A stretch of 64,000 bases of DNA from Chitinispirillaceae bacterium (GCA_046538945.1 JBKHHW010000001.1:17765-81764), one strand, 5' to 3'; shown: positions 53,962 through 63,661, numbered from the stretch's first letter. Notes: generated from the letters alone by a model not told the origin. Translations and numbers: made by a program.

Positions 53962-55992
53962 TCAGATTTCCTCGATTCCGATGAGCGGCTGATCTTTATC
54001 CACCGCCTCACCATCCTGCACCAAGACTTTGACGATCTTGCATTTTACCGGAGAGGAGATTTCGTTGAAAAGCTTCATAGCCTCTACGATACACACCTTC
54101 CCCCCTGCTTCCACGACATCGCCTTCCTTAACAAAGGAAGGCTTTCCCGGGCCGGGGGCGGAATAGAATGTGCCTACGAGAGGGGCATTAATGGTGCGGC
54201 TGAAGGATTCTTCCTTTTTCGCTTCCGGCTCTGCTTGTGCAGCGGAAAGCTGTTCTGCTTTCTTTGCCTGGGGCTGAGCCTGTGCGGCAGCAGAATCGGC
54301 CACGGTCACATCCACCGAAGGTTGCGCTGGCATGGATGTTACGGGTGCACTGCCGGCCGGCCTCACAGACAGATGATAATCACCCTTGCGGAACACTATC
54401 TCCTCCATCTTCAAACCGTCTATTTTCTGAAGAAGCTCACCGGCAACCCCTTCAATATTCAGAGACGCTGCGGGAGCTGGCGGAGCCTCGGGGCGCTCAG
54501 TTTCGGGTTTGGGTTCAGGTTTGGCTTTCCCTTTCAAAAGTTCCTCAACTGCCTCATCCTGCTGTCTGACTTTCTGAAATTCGATTTCTGCAGGTGATTC
54601 AGGACGCTCCTCAGAGGGAAGAGCACGCCACTTGAAATACTCAAGTGCCGGTTCAGGAAGAAGCACATAGGAGATGATATCCTCTTCATGCTGAATGAGA
54701 GCGGGATCCACACCGTCCGTTGCCTTTGGCAGCATCGGACTTAGCCTATCGGCGGGACGAAATGTGATCGGCTCCTCATCCTTGAGTATTTTCTTGATCA
54801 TCTTTTCAGAGATAGGGGCTGGCGATCTTCCGTAAAGACCTTTCACATAATCCCTTACTTCATTAGGAACGATCTTGTAACGTTCACCCGAAATCACATT
54901 CATGACCGCCTGAGTACCCACTATCTGACTTGTGGGAGTGACAAGCGGGGGATACCCCAGATCCTCGCGAACTTTGCTCACTTCATCCAGTACCTCCGGA
55001 AGTTTGTCAAGCGCCTTCTGCATTTCAAGCTGAGAGCGGAAATTGGAGATCATCCCTCCGGGAATCTGATGGATAAGAATCTCCGGATCTATGTAAGCGA
55101 CCGAAGCAGATGAAGTTTTACGCTTGGGGGCCAATTCGGCAAAATACCTGGCGGTCTTTTCCATGGCCTCCATATCAAGTTCTGCCGAATAATTAGTCTC
55201 CGAGAAAATTGCAGCCATAGTTTCCACCGGAGGCTGGGAAGAAAAGCCGGACATGGGCGAAATGGCACAGTCGATTGCTCCGGCACCGGCTCTTACACCT
55301 TCCACATAAGTCGCAATCGCCATTCCGCTCGAGGCATGGCAGTGCAGCTGAATCGGAATATTCACTTCCTTCATAAGTGCCGAAACAAGACGTTCTGCGG
55401 AGATCGGCGAGAGAATCCCCGCCATATCCTTTATACAAAGAGAATCGGCTCCCAAAGCCACCTGCTCTTTTGCATACTGCACGTACTTTTCAACCGTATG
55501 TACAGGTGATAACGTGTAGGCCAGAGTTCCCTGAGCGTGCCCGCCGTGTTTTTTAACAGCTTTTATCGCGGCTTCCAGATTTCTGGAATCATTGAGAGCA
55601 TCGAACACTCTGAAAATGTCAATCCCGTTTTCACACGCCAGAGCCACAAAACGATCCACCACATCATCAGCATAATTACGGTAGCCAACCAGGTTCTGTC
55701 CTCTGAGAAGCATCTGCAAAGGAGTGTTCTTCGCCTTCGACTTGATGAGACGAAGACGCTCCCAAGGATTCTCCCGCAAAAAACGAAGACATACGTCAAA
55801 AGTCGCTCCTCCCCAGACCTCAAGAGAGTAATACCCGACCTTGTCGATGACATCGATGATATTCATGATATCATCGGTTCTCATGCGGGTGGCCCAAAGA
55901 GACTGATGAGCATCACGCAGAGTCGTGTCGGTCACTCTGAGAGGTATTTTGTGCAGTTGGTCTTCTGTTTTGCTTTTTGGTGATTTGGTCAT
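53962..55992 (-). CDS. Pyruvate/oxaloacetate carboxyltransferase (5S / OadA / PycB type) fused to a complete AccB-type biotin carboxyl carrier module
   Basis: 676 aa. The N-terminus has TDTTLRDAHQSLWATRM (HMGL-like 5S carboxyltransferase) plus the PYC_OADA region. A P/A/E/K-rich linker follows. The last approx. 165 aa resemble full-length AccB: LLQKIDGLKMEEIVFRKGDYHLSVR, an A/P/Q linker, then INAPLVGTFYSAPGPGKPSFVKEGDVVEAGGKVCIVEAMKLFNEI. Confidence 0.85.
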   Translation of the reverse strand: MTKSPKSKTEDQLHKIPLRVTDTTLRDAHQSLWATRMRTDDIMNIIDVIDKVGYYSLEVWGGATFDVCLRFLRENPWERLRLIKSKAKNTPLQMLLRGQNLVGYRNYADDVVDRFVALACENGIDIFRVFDALNDSRNLEAAIKAVKKHGGHAQGTLAYTLSPVHTVEKYVQYAKEQVALGADSLCIKDMAGILSPISAERLVSALMKEVNIPIQLHCHASSGMAIATYVEGVRAGAGAIDCAISPMSGFSSQPPVETMAAIFSETNYSAELDMEAMEKTARYFAELAPKRKTSSASVAYIDPEILIHQIPGGMISNFRSQLEMQKALDKLPEVLDEVSKVREDLGYPPLVTPTSQIVGTQAVMNVISGERYKIVPNEVRDYVKGLYGRSPAPISEKMIKKILKDEEPITFRPADRLSPMLPKATDGVDPALIQHEEDIISYVLLPEPALEYFKWRALPSEERPESPAEIEFQKVRQQDEAVEELLKGKAKPEPKPETERPEAPPAPAASLNIEGVAGELLQKIDGLKMEEIVFRKGDYHLSVRPAGSAPVTSMPAQPSVDVTVADSAAAQAQPQAKKAEQLSAAQAEPEAKKEESFSRTINAPLVGTFYSAPGPGKPSFVKEGDVVEAGGKVCIVEAMKLFNEISSPVKCKIVKVLVQDGEAVDKDQPLIGIEEI

Positions 55993-56013
55993 GACGGGAA
56001 TTCCTCTTGAAAG

Positions 56014-56967
56014 TTATTTGGTGAATTTTCCCATGGCCGCAAACTTTTCAAACCGTTTTGCCATTAATTTCGATAATGAAAGGGATGATAGTTTTTTCAG
56101 ATGTTTCAGAACAGTTTTTTTAATCTCATCTGCGGTCCCCTGGTGATTATGATGCGCTCCTCCCGCGGGTTCCTGCACGATTTCGTCAATCACACCCAGG
56201 GAAAGAAGTGACGTGGCGGTGATCTTCAGCGCCTCGGAGGCCTGAGGTGAAAAGGAAGCATCGCGCCACAGAATGGACGCACAGCCCTCGGGAGAGATGA
56301 CAGAGTAAACCGCATTGGAAAGCATAAGCACCACATCCGCAACCCCGATTCCCAGTGCGCCGCCACTTCCTCCCTCACCTGTCACTATAGTGACAACAGG
56401 GACTTCCAGTCTTGCCATTTCGGTCAGGTTGCGTGCTATTGCCTCGGCCTGCCCCCGTTCCTCAGCTTCCAAACCGGGATATGCTCCCGGAGTATCGATG
56501 AAAGTAACGACCGGGATGTTGTACTTTTCAGCCAGATGCATCAGCCTCATAGCTTTGCGATACCCCTCCGGCTGGGCCATTCCGAAATTCCGTTCTATAT
56601 TCTCTTCAACATTCTTTCCCTTGCTGTGCCCGATCAGCATGACTTTCTGATTATCCAGAGTCGCGAATCCGCCAATCAGCGCATGATCATCACCGTAGCA
56701 GCGGTCTCCATGGAGTTCTACAAAATCTGTAAACATCAGCGAGATGTAATCATGAAGAACAGGACGGCGGGGGTGACGGGCAACCTGAACGGTTTGCCAG
56801 GGAGAGAGATTGCCATAGATCTCCTTCTTGCGCTCCTCGCACTTTCTCTCCAACTCCTCTATCTGAGCGCTGAAATCGCCTTTATTCTCAGCCGCAAGAG
56901 TTTTGAGCTTATTTATGGCTTTTTCCATTTCCGCTATAGGCTTTTCAAAATCAAGCTCACGTTCCAT
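56014..56967 (-). CDS. accA: Acetyl-CoA carboxylase carboxyltransferase alpha subunit
   Basis: 317 aa with VARHPRRP, FIDTPGAYPG and GEGGSGGALG. Confidence 0.95.
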   Translation of the reverse strand: MERELDFEKPIAEMEKAINKLKTLAAENKGDFSAQIEELERKCEERKKEIYGNLSPWQTVQVARHPRRPVLHDYISLMFTDFVELHGDRCYGDDHALIGGFATLDNQKVMLIGHSKGKNVEENIERNFGMAQPEGYRKAMRLMHLAEKYNIPVVTFIDTPGAYPGLEAEERGQAEAIARNLTEMARLEVPVVTIVTGEGGSGGALGIGVADVVLMLSNAVYSVISPEGCASILWRDASFSPQASEALKITATSLLSLGVIDEIVQEPAGGAHHNHQGTADEIKKTVLKHLKKLSSLSLSKLMAKRFEKFAAMGKFTK

Positions 56968-56975
56968 GATGCCTC

Positions 56976-57812
56976 TTACCGGTTGTAATATGAAAGGATT
57001 CTGTAAAGAGTGCTCTTCATCTCTCTCCGATGTACGACTTTGTCAATGAAGCCATGCTCCATCACAAATTCCGCCGTCTGGAAGTCAACGGGAAGTTTCT
57101 GTTTGATCGTCTGCTCGATCACCCGCCGTCCGGCAAATCCCACTAACGCTCTGGGCTCGGCCAGGTTCACATCCCCCACCATCGCATAGGAAGCCGAAAC
57201 ACCGCCTGTGGTGGGATCAGTCAGAACTGAAATGTAGGGAATTTTTCTTTCATTGAGACGGGAAACAGCAGCACAAGTCTTGGCCATCTGCATCAGGGAG
57301 AGAATTCCCTCATGCATTCTGGCACCTCCGGAAGCGGAAAACACAATATAGGGGATTTTGTGATCATAAGCGTAGTTAGCCGCCAGTAAAATCTTCTCAC
57401 CGGTACCCGACCCGAGACTACCGCCTAAAAAACGAAAATCCATCACTCCGATAACCACTTCGAGACCGTTAATCTTACCGGTCCCAGTCACAATGGATTC
57501 ATTCAGCTTAGTTTTTGACCGTGCCTTCTCCACCTTATCCACATAGCTTCCCTTGCTATCTATGAAGGCCAGAGGGTCCGAAGGCCGGATCTGCTCATAC
57601 ATTTCCTTGAAGGTTCCAGAATCGAGAGTAAGACCGATGCGCTCATAAGCGGTCAGTTTTCCATGCCAGTCACAGTTTGGACAGACACTCCGATTGTTGC
57701 TGAAATCCTCTTTGAAAATATGAGCGCCGCAGGATCTACAGCGGATCCATATCTCATCCTGAAGCTTTTTCTTGGCCTCTCGTTCGGATTTGGTCTTGAT
57801 GAACCAAGGCAT
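56976..57812 (-). CDS. accD: Acetyl-CoA carboxylase carboxyltransferase beta subunit
   Basis: 278 aa with an N-terminal zinc ribbon (CRSCGAHIFKEDFSNNRSVCPNCDWH), FLGGSLGS and SASGGARMHEG. Confidence 0.95.
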   Translation of the reverse strand: MPWFIKTKSEREAKKKLQDEIWIRCRSCGAHIFKEDFSNNRSVCPNCDWHGKLTAYERIGLTLDSGTFKEMYEQIRPSDPLAFIDSKGSYVDKVEKARSKTKLNESIVTGTGKINGLEVVIGVMDFRFLGGSLGSGTGEKILLAANYAYDHKIPYIVFSASGGARMHEGILSLMQMAKTCAAVSRLNERKIPYISVLTDPTTGGVSASYAMVGDVNLAEPRALVGFAGRRVIEQTIKQKLPVDFQTAEFVMEHGFIDKVVHRREMKSTLYRILSYYNR

Positions 57813-58141
57813 ACGTCAGTTCCCCGATGGATTGAATTCAAAAAATGCTTATCGACAGCTGGTTCTCACACCGAGGGAGTTCCCCCTCACAAAACCAGAG
57901 TAAACTTACAATATAAATTGTGGATGGGTTTGGTAAACATTTTCTGCGGTAATACAAGATTGTCACAACCGTGCGATCGCATTTTGAATCGGACATTTTG
58001 TACTGACTCGGTATAAACAACCCGGATATTTGGAACTCTTAACTTAAAAATGTATGGAATTATTTCAAAATCGTGCTGTCTTGAAGTAAATTGTGAGCCA
58101 AAGGAAAGGGCAATCAGATCTGTATGACCGGCCTTAATTCA

Positions 58142-58170
58142 TTGCCATACCGTCCAGTTTGGTATATAAT
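58142..58170 (+). promoter_or_regulatory. Sigma70-like promoter for the PAS-GGDEF gene
   Basis: TTGCCA (58142-58147), an exactly 17-nt spacer, then the perfect TATAAT (58165-58170). It lies about 65 nt upstream of the GTG start. Confidence 0.5.
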
Positions 58171-58235
58171 AATGATAAGAGCCTATTGAATGAACAGACA
58201 ACCCGGCTTGATTTGATTCTCTAACGGATGGTTAC

Positions 58236-59408
58236 GTGAAAATTCCTGAATTCAAAAAATTCTGCACACAATTCGGAAAAACAGGCGAAAAACCAGTATT
58301 CCGAATTGTGTTGTTGAATTCAGTATTCGTGTTTTTCAATGCGGCGATTGCCTCCGCCGCCTTCATTCTCCCGCTGAAATGGTACATCCTGCTTCCTATG
58401 CTCGCAGTTCTCCTTCTGTGGAACTGGTTTTTCACTTTTTCACTGAACAAACAGATGGAGTCGGATGCTGCCGCCATCAAAAAAAACGGTCTTCTCTTCA
58501 GACGCTTCCAGAACACAGCCAAATACTTCGAAAGCATCCTCCAGGACACCACAGACATAATCATCTCACTGGATAAGGACAACTTCATCTTCAAATTCAA
58601 CAACGGTGCTCAAAGCCACTTCGGATACAGCCAGGAAGAAATTCTGGGAGTGCCCTTTGAAAGCCTTTTCATAAACCCTGAAGACAGGGAAAAGATCCAT
58701 CGTCCAATAAAGAGCGGATCTAAATCCACCAGCGCGGAAGTGCCGATGAAGACCAAATCCGGGCAGAAAATCATAGTCAACATGTGCATCTCCAAAATGA
58801 AAGACGGTGGCTATGTGGTTACAGCTCAGGACATTACAGAAAAAAAGAAGCTTGAAGAAGAGCTCAAGAGTAAAAACGAGCAACTGAACAAACTTGCCAT
58901 AACCGACAACCTGACCGGACTATTCAACTCCCGCCATTTCTATAAAGCCATCAAGGGCGAACTTTCCCGACTCAAGCGCTATCCGGGACGAAAACTGGCC
59001 ATCATCTACATGGATGTGGATCGCTTCAAGGAATTCAACGACACAGAAGGTCATCAAATGGGAGATCATGTCCTCAGATCCCTGGGGAAAGTGATAGAGG
59101 TATGCATCAGAAAAGATGTAGATGCCGGGTTCAGATACGGTGGTGACGAATTCGTCATCATACTTCCGGATACCGATATGCACCAGGCCAAAGTAGCCGC
59201 TCAAAGAATCCAGAATCAGTTCGGGGCATTCAAATTCGGTCAAACCAGCCTGTCAATCGGAATTGCAGACGCACTGCCGGATGATGATGAGAAAACACTG
59301 GTGCGGCGAGCCGATTTCGCGATGTACAAGTCAAAAAAAGAGGGAAAGGCCAGCATTACCCTTGCCGAACAGTGCCAGGATTCAACTGAAGCCGTCCAGA
59401 ACACATGA
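58236..59408 (+). CDS. Membrane-anchored PAS-GGDEF diguanylate cyclase
   Basis: 390 aa with two N-terminal TM helices, a PAS domain (IISLDKDNFIFKFNNGAQSHFGYSQEEILGVPFESLF) and a GGDEF domain (LFNSRHF...RYGGDEFVIILPD). Confidence 0.85.
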   Translation: MKIPEFKKFCTQFGKTGEKPVFRIVLLNSVFVFFNAAIASAAFILPLKWYILLPMLAVLLLWNWFFTFSLNKQMESDAAAIKKNGLLFRRFQNTAKYFESILQDTTDIIISLDKDNFIFKFNNGAQSHFGYSQEEILGVPFESLFINPEDREKIHRPIKSGSKSTSAEVPMKTKSGQKIIVNMCISKMKDGGYVVTAQDITEKKKLEEELKSKNEQLNKLAITDNLTGLFNSRHFYKAIKGELSRLKRYPGRKLAIIYMDVDRFKEFNDTEGHQMGDHVLRSLGKVIEVCIRKDVDAGFRYGGDEFVIILPDTDMHQAKVAAQRIQNQFGAFKFGQTSLSIGIADALPDDDEKTLVRRADFAMYKSKKEGKASITLAEQCQDSTEAVQNT

Positions 59409-60108
59409 ACATGCATATAGCTCCGCTTGCCGCCACGTTGAGCGACTCCACAGCCTTTTCCAAAATCGGTATTCTGAACACACGGTCAGAGGAGCAGAGC
59501 ACCCCTCTGGTCAAACCACTTCCCTCACTGCCCAAAGCAAGTACGTGTTTTGAAAGACCCGTGAAATCAACATTTTCACTTCCACCCAGATCCGCAGATA
59601 TCAGTTGATAACCGGACTTTCTGAGCTGAGACACACACTTCAAGTAATCATCCGTTCTTCTGATCCAGACAGAAAGCACCGAACCGGCGGTGGACTGAAC
59701 TACCTTGGGAGAAAAAGGATCTGCACAGTTTGCACTCAGAATGCACCCGCAATAACCCAGAGCCGCAGCACTGCGGATCAGGGAACCCACATTTCCCGGG
59801 TCCTGGACGTGTTCCAGAAGCAACACCGCATTGCCTACATTCAGAGGCAGTTGGGATGAATATACCTGAGGAGGTATTCTCACCACCGCGGCTATTCCCT
59901 GAGGTGTGCGCGAAGAACAGATGGAACTCATTTTCTGAGAGGAAATGATCCGTGCACAAACAGAATGATTTTCATACTCTACGACCATTTCTTCTGTGCA
60001 AAGGAGCTCGTCAACATCATTTTCATGCTGGGACAACACCTGCTCCACAGCCCGCTTTCCCTCGATCAGAAAGAAACCCGACTCCCTCCTGACTTTAGAC
60101 TGAGACAA
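59356..60108 (-). CDS. SpoU/TrmH-family RNA 2'-O-methyltransferase
   Basis: 250 aa with FLIEGKRAVEQVL, LLLEHVQDPGNVGSLIRSAAALG, LGSEGSGL, IPI and ESLNVAASGAI. Its 3' end overlaps the convergent GGDEF gene by 53 nt. Confidence 0.8.
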   Translation of the reverse strand: MSQSKVRRESGFFLIEGKRAVEQVLSQHENDVDELLCTEEMVVEYENHSVCARIISSQKMSSICSSRTPQGIAAVVRIPPQVYSSQLPLNVGNAVLLLEHVQDPGNVGSLIRSAAALGYCGCILSANCADPFSPKVVQSTAGSVLSVWIRRTDDYLKCVSQLRKSGYQLISADLGGSENVDFTGLSKHVLALGSEGSGLTRGVLCSSDRVFRIPILEKAVESLNVAASGAICMFMCSGRLQLNPGTVRQG

Positions 60109-60236
60109 TGATTTATACCATGCCAGAGGTTTCAGAGTTCACCCCACCTCAAATGATCCAGTCACAAAACAGAAAAGAGAAGAGCCGATCTTCAGCGCTT
60201 CTCTTAAGACTTCATCGACATATCTTTATCAGGCTA

Positions 60237-60590
60237 TCAGGACTGCTTTTTCTTTTCCTTAATTCTGGTGGCCTTACCTACTCGTCCGCGCAGATAGTAA
60301 AGCTTTGCCCTGCGGACACGTCCCCGCTTGATAACCTTGATATCAGAGATCAGCGGTGAATGGGCGGGAAAAACCCGTTCCACATAGACATTTCCGGATG
60401 ACTTGCGCACTGTAACAGTGTAGCCGATTCCGGAACCGCTTGTCTGAATGACAACGCCCTGGAACTGCTGGATTCTTTCCTTGTCCCCTTCACGAATTGT
60501 AAAGGACACGTTGATCGTGTCGCCGGGCCCGAAATCCAGCTTACGATCGGTCAACTGCTTCTTTTCCACCGCTTTAATGATATCCTGCAC
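60237..60590 (-). CDS. rplS: 50S ribosomal protein L19
   Basis: 117 aa with [29 protein letters not shown]. Confidence 0.95.
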   Translation of the reverse strand: MQDIIKAVEKKQLTDRKLDFGPGDTINVSFTIREGDKERIQQFQGVVIQTSGSGIGYTVTVRKSSGNVYVERVFPAHSPLISDIKVIKRGRVRRAKLYYLRGRVGKATRIKEKKKQS

Positions 60591-60648
60591 CGGACACCTC
60601 CAATTTTTGTACCGTATGACTATTAGTTTATTTTCCTGACCTAAACCT

Positions 60649-61338
60649 TCACCCTTTTTCCAGAAGATCGGGCCTGCGCTGCCGCGTTATCTCCAATGCC
60701 TTCTCATGCTGCCACTTTCTGATGTTTGCATGATGTCCGCTCAGAAGAACTTCAGGCACCCTTACTCCCTCAAACATCTCCGGCCTGGTATACTGAGGAT
60801 GACTCAGCAGACCTGAATAAAAAGAATCCGCCTCGGCACTGTCCCTGTTGCCCAGAGCCCCCGGGAGCAGTCTGGTGACCGCATCAACCAGTACCATCGC
60901 CGGAATCTCTCCTCCGGACAAAACATAATCCCCGATCGAAATCTCCATATCCACATACTTGTCCTGAATTCGCTGGTCGATTCCCTTGTAACGCCCGCAC
61001 AGAATGATAAGAGACTTTCGAGGCAGAAGACTCTTGACTGTTTCCTGGTCCAGAAGCTTTCCCTGAGGGGTCATATACACCACCAAAGGAGAATGCTCCT
61101 TCAGCCTTTCCCTTGATGCGGTTATAGCTTTTGCAAGCGGCTCGGGTTTCATGAGCATTCCCGCATCGCCCCCGTAGGGATAATCATCAACAGTCTGATG
61201 CTTCACATCTTCGGAATAATCCCGGATATTGTGTATGTCAATGGTAACAAGTCCCTTCTGAACAGCCCTTTTTATGATGCTGTCCGAAAAGGCACCCCTG
61301 AACATTTCCGGAAAGAGTGTCAGTATATCAAAGAACAT
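60649..61338 (-). CDS. trmD: tRNA (guanine37-N1)-methyltransferase
   Basis: 229 aa with [23 protein letters not shown] and [11 protein letters not shown]. Confidence 0.95.
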   Translation of the reverse strand: MFFDILTLFPEMFRGAFSDSIIKRAVQKGLVTIDIHNIRDYSEDVKHQTVDDYPYGGDAGMLMKPEPLAKAITASRERLKEHSPLVVYMTPQGKLLDQETVKSLLPRKSLIILCGRYKGIDQRIQDKYVDMEISIGDYVLSGGEIPAMVLVDAVTRLLPGALGNRDSAEADSFYSGLLSHPQYTRPEMFEGVRVPEVLLSGHHANIRKWQHEKALEITRQRRPDLLEKG

Positions 61339-61368
61339 CCTCTACAACCTCAAGCACGGAAGAAACCG

Positions 61369-61890
61369 CTAGAGCAGCTCCTCCAAATAGGACCAGCGCA
61401 CTATTATGCGCCCCGTCTCCTTTTCCACCTTCAACACAGCATCCTGGTTGTAAGGTATCAGAACTTCATGACCGTCCTTCAGTGACACATCAAAGGCGTC
61501 CGTTGACGGCAGATTGACAACATCCTTCACCACTCCGAGCACCTCCCCCGTCTCATCACTGACCACAGACAGGCCTTCCAGCTCGAAATGATAATAGTCC
61601 CCCTCTTTCAGAGGAGGAAGCAAATCCTGAACTATATGGATCTTCTTGCCGTTGAGTTTTTCCGCCTCGGTCCGGTCATGTGCCGCACTGAAAAGTGCAA
61701 CAAAACCTCTTGGCCGCTCCTGTACTTTTTCCAGAACCGTTTCCTGCAGGCCCGAATCATCCGAACCTATAAGAACTGCAACCGGCGGCTTCAGCTGCCC
61801 GAAAGTCTCGCCGAAGGGCTCAACCGCACAATACCCCTCAAGGCCTATAGCCCGTCTGATGGCCGCAATGGCAATATGCTCCTGAGGCAT
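61369..61890 (-). CDS. rimM: 16S rRNA processing protein RimM
   Basis: 173 aa with IRRAIGLEGY, DYYHFELEGLSV and a PRC-barrel C-terminus. It sits in rpsP-rimM-trmD-rplS synteny. Confidence 0.9.
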   Translation of the reverse strand: MPQEHIAIAAIRRAIGLEGYCAVEPFGETFGQLKPPVAVLIGSDDSGLQETVLEKVQERPRGFVALFSAAHDRTEAEKLNGKKIHIVQDLLPPLKEGDYYHFELEGLSVVSDETGEVLGVVKDVVNLPSTDAFDVSLKDGHEVLIPYNQDAVLKVEKETGRIIVRWSYLEELL

Positions 61891-61913
61891 GATTCCTCTT
61901 CAGCAATCTGAAA

Positions 61914-62264
61914 CTAGGATTCGCTCTTCTGCTTATGCGGCTTCGGCCTGCGCTTGCGCTCCGGCTTGCGCTCGATGTTCATCTCTTCGGGAGACAAACC
62001 CTTTTCGAGCCCTTCCATTTTCTCGTAAAAACGATCCTGCTTGAGAAGGTTCTTCACAGTAAGAGTGGGAATAGCACCCTGCTTTATCCAGTAGGCAACC
62101 CGCTCTGTTTTGAAATCAAAGGCTTTGGGAGTTGCAGTGGGATCATAGACACCGACCATCTCAAGAAAACGACCGTCACGCTGTGTTCTGCTGTCAGCAG
62201 CAACAATACGATATTTGGCAATCTTTTTTCTGCCCACCCGGGCCAGACGAAGTTTTACCGGCAA
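61914..62264 (-). CDS. rpsP: 30S ribosomal protein S16 with a basic C-terminal extension
   Basis: I chose the TTG at 62264, preceded by AAGGAGA with a 5-nt spacer. It gives MPVKLRLARVGRKKIAKYRIVAADSRTQRDGRFLE, the canonical S16 N-terminus. The ORF-track TTG at 62282 adds 6 aa (MCKERI) and would swallow the SD. Confidence 0.9.
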   Translation of the reverse strand: MPVKLRLARVGRKKIAKYRIVAADSRTQRDGRFLEMVGVYDPTATPKAFDFKTERVAYWIKQGAIPTLTVKNLLKQDRFYEKMEGLEKGLSPEEMNIERKPERKRRPKPHKQKSES

Positions 62265-62310
62265 GATTCTCTCCTTGCACAAGTGATAGGTTTATGTTTT
62301 GTTTTCATTA

Positions 62311-63645
62311 TCAGAAAGGTGACAAATTGCGCAAAGCGGCATTCTGACCACGCTTGCCTGCAATCTTATTCATCTTCTTCATCATCGATTTCATACTGTC
62401 GAACTGCTTGAGCAACTTGTTCACATCCTGCACAGTAGTACCGCTCCCCGCAGCTATTCTTCTCTTCCGGCTGCCGTCGATAATGACCGGCTTCTCCCGC
62501 TCCTTGCGGGTCATGGAACAGATAATCGCCTCTATCCTCACCAACGCACTGTTGTCGATATCGGCATCCTTTATCTGTGATCCCACTCCCGGTATCATCG
62601 CCAACAGATCACCAAGAGGACCCATTTTCTTTATCTGACGAAGCTGATCGAGAAAATCCTGCAGAGTGAACATATTCTTGCGGATTTTCTTCTCCAGCTT
62701 TTTACTCTTCTCGACATCCACCGTCTCCTGAGCCCGTTCCACCAGTGAAACGATGTCACCCATCCCCAGAATGCGGGAAGCCATTCTTTCCGGATGAAAA
62801 AGCTCAAGCCCGTCAGGCTTTTCACTCACACCGATATACTGAACCGGCACCCCGGTCACATCGAGAATCGAAAGCGCCGCTCCACCTCTGGCATCACCGT
62901 CCATCTTGGTGAGAACCACACCGGTGAAATTGATCTCGTTGTGAAACTCTGTGGCCACATTGACCGCATCCTGGCCGGTCATGGCATCCGCCACAAAAAA
63001 GATCTCATCCGGTTTGGCCAGAGAACAGATCTCCTTAAGCTCCGTCATCATTTCTTTATCTATGTGAAGCCGTCCGGCCGTATCTAGTATGACCAGCGAG
63101 GCGTCATCCCGGCGAGCCTGCTCCAGAGCATCTCTGGCTATCTGCACCGGTTTGGCCTGACGGTCAGAATATACCGGTATGCTCAGAGACTTCCCAAGCG
63201 TCTCCAGCTGATCTATGGCGGCAGCTCTGTATGTGTCACAGGCCACCATAAGGGGTCTGTGACCCTGCTTTCTGAAATGAAGTGCCAGCTTGGAACAGGC
63301 GGTTGTCTTACCCGATCCCTGAAGACCGGCAAGCACCACTACATTAACCCGATTGGTATGAAACCGTACCTGCCGGGCCGCACCTCCCATAAGAGACGAC
63401 AGCTCATCATGCACCAGTTTCACAAACTGCTGTCCGGGAGTGATACTCTGCAGCACATCACTTCCAAGAGCCTTCTGCTTCACCGCGGAGGCGAACTTCT
63501 TCACCACCCTGTAGTTAACATCGGCCTCAAGCAGCGCCCGCTTCACATCACGCACCGCTTCAGAAATGTTTTCCTCGCTCAGCTTGCCGCGGCCGCGCAG
63601 CTTCTTGAAAATCGAATCAAATCTATTGGATAATTCTTCAAACAT
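62311..63645 (-). CDS. ffh: Signal recognition particle protein Ffh
   Basis: Motifs GLQGSGKTTACSKLA, DTAGR and TKMDGDARGG, plus a Met-rich M domain. The ATG at 63645 (MFEELSNRF) has AGGTGA 8 nt upstream. The track's GTG at 63657 lies inside that SD. Confidence 0.95.
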   Translation of the reverse strand: MFEELSNRFDSIFKKLRGRGKLSEENISEAVRDVKRALLEADVNYRVVKKFASAVKQKALGSDVLQSITPGQQFVKLVHDELSSLMGGAARQVRFHTNRVNVVVLAGLQGSGKTTACSKLALHFRKQGHRPLMVACDTYRAAAIDQLETLGKSLSIPVYSDRQAKPVQIARDALEQARRDDASLVILDTAGRLHIDKEMMTELKEICSLAKPDEIFFVADAMTGQDAVNVATEFHNEINFTGVVLTKMDGDARGGAALSILDVTGVPVQYIGVSEKPDGLELFHPERMASRILGMGDIVSLVERAQETVDVEKSKKLEKKIRKNMFTLQDFLDQLRQIKKMGPLGDLLAMIPGVGSQIKDADIDNSALVRIEAIICSMTRKEREKPVIIDGSRKRRIAAGSGTTVQDVNKLLKQFDSMKSMMKKMNKIAGKRGQNAALRNLSPF

Positions 63646-63661
63646 ATAGTCTTTCACCTAA

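Noticed and set aside
54235-54597. Plus-strand ORFs of 120 and 110 aa
   Set aside because: They are antisense to the P/A-rich linker of the carboxyltransferase-BCCP gene, so they are shadow ORFs.
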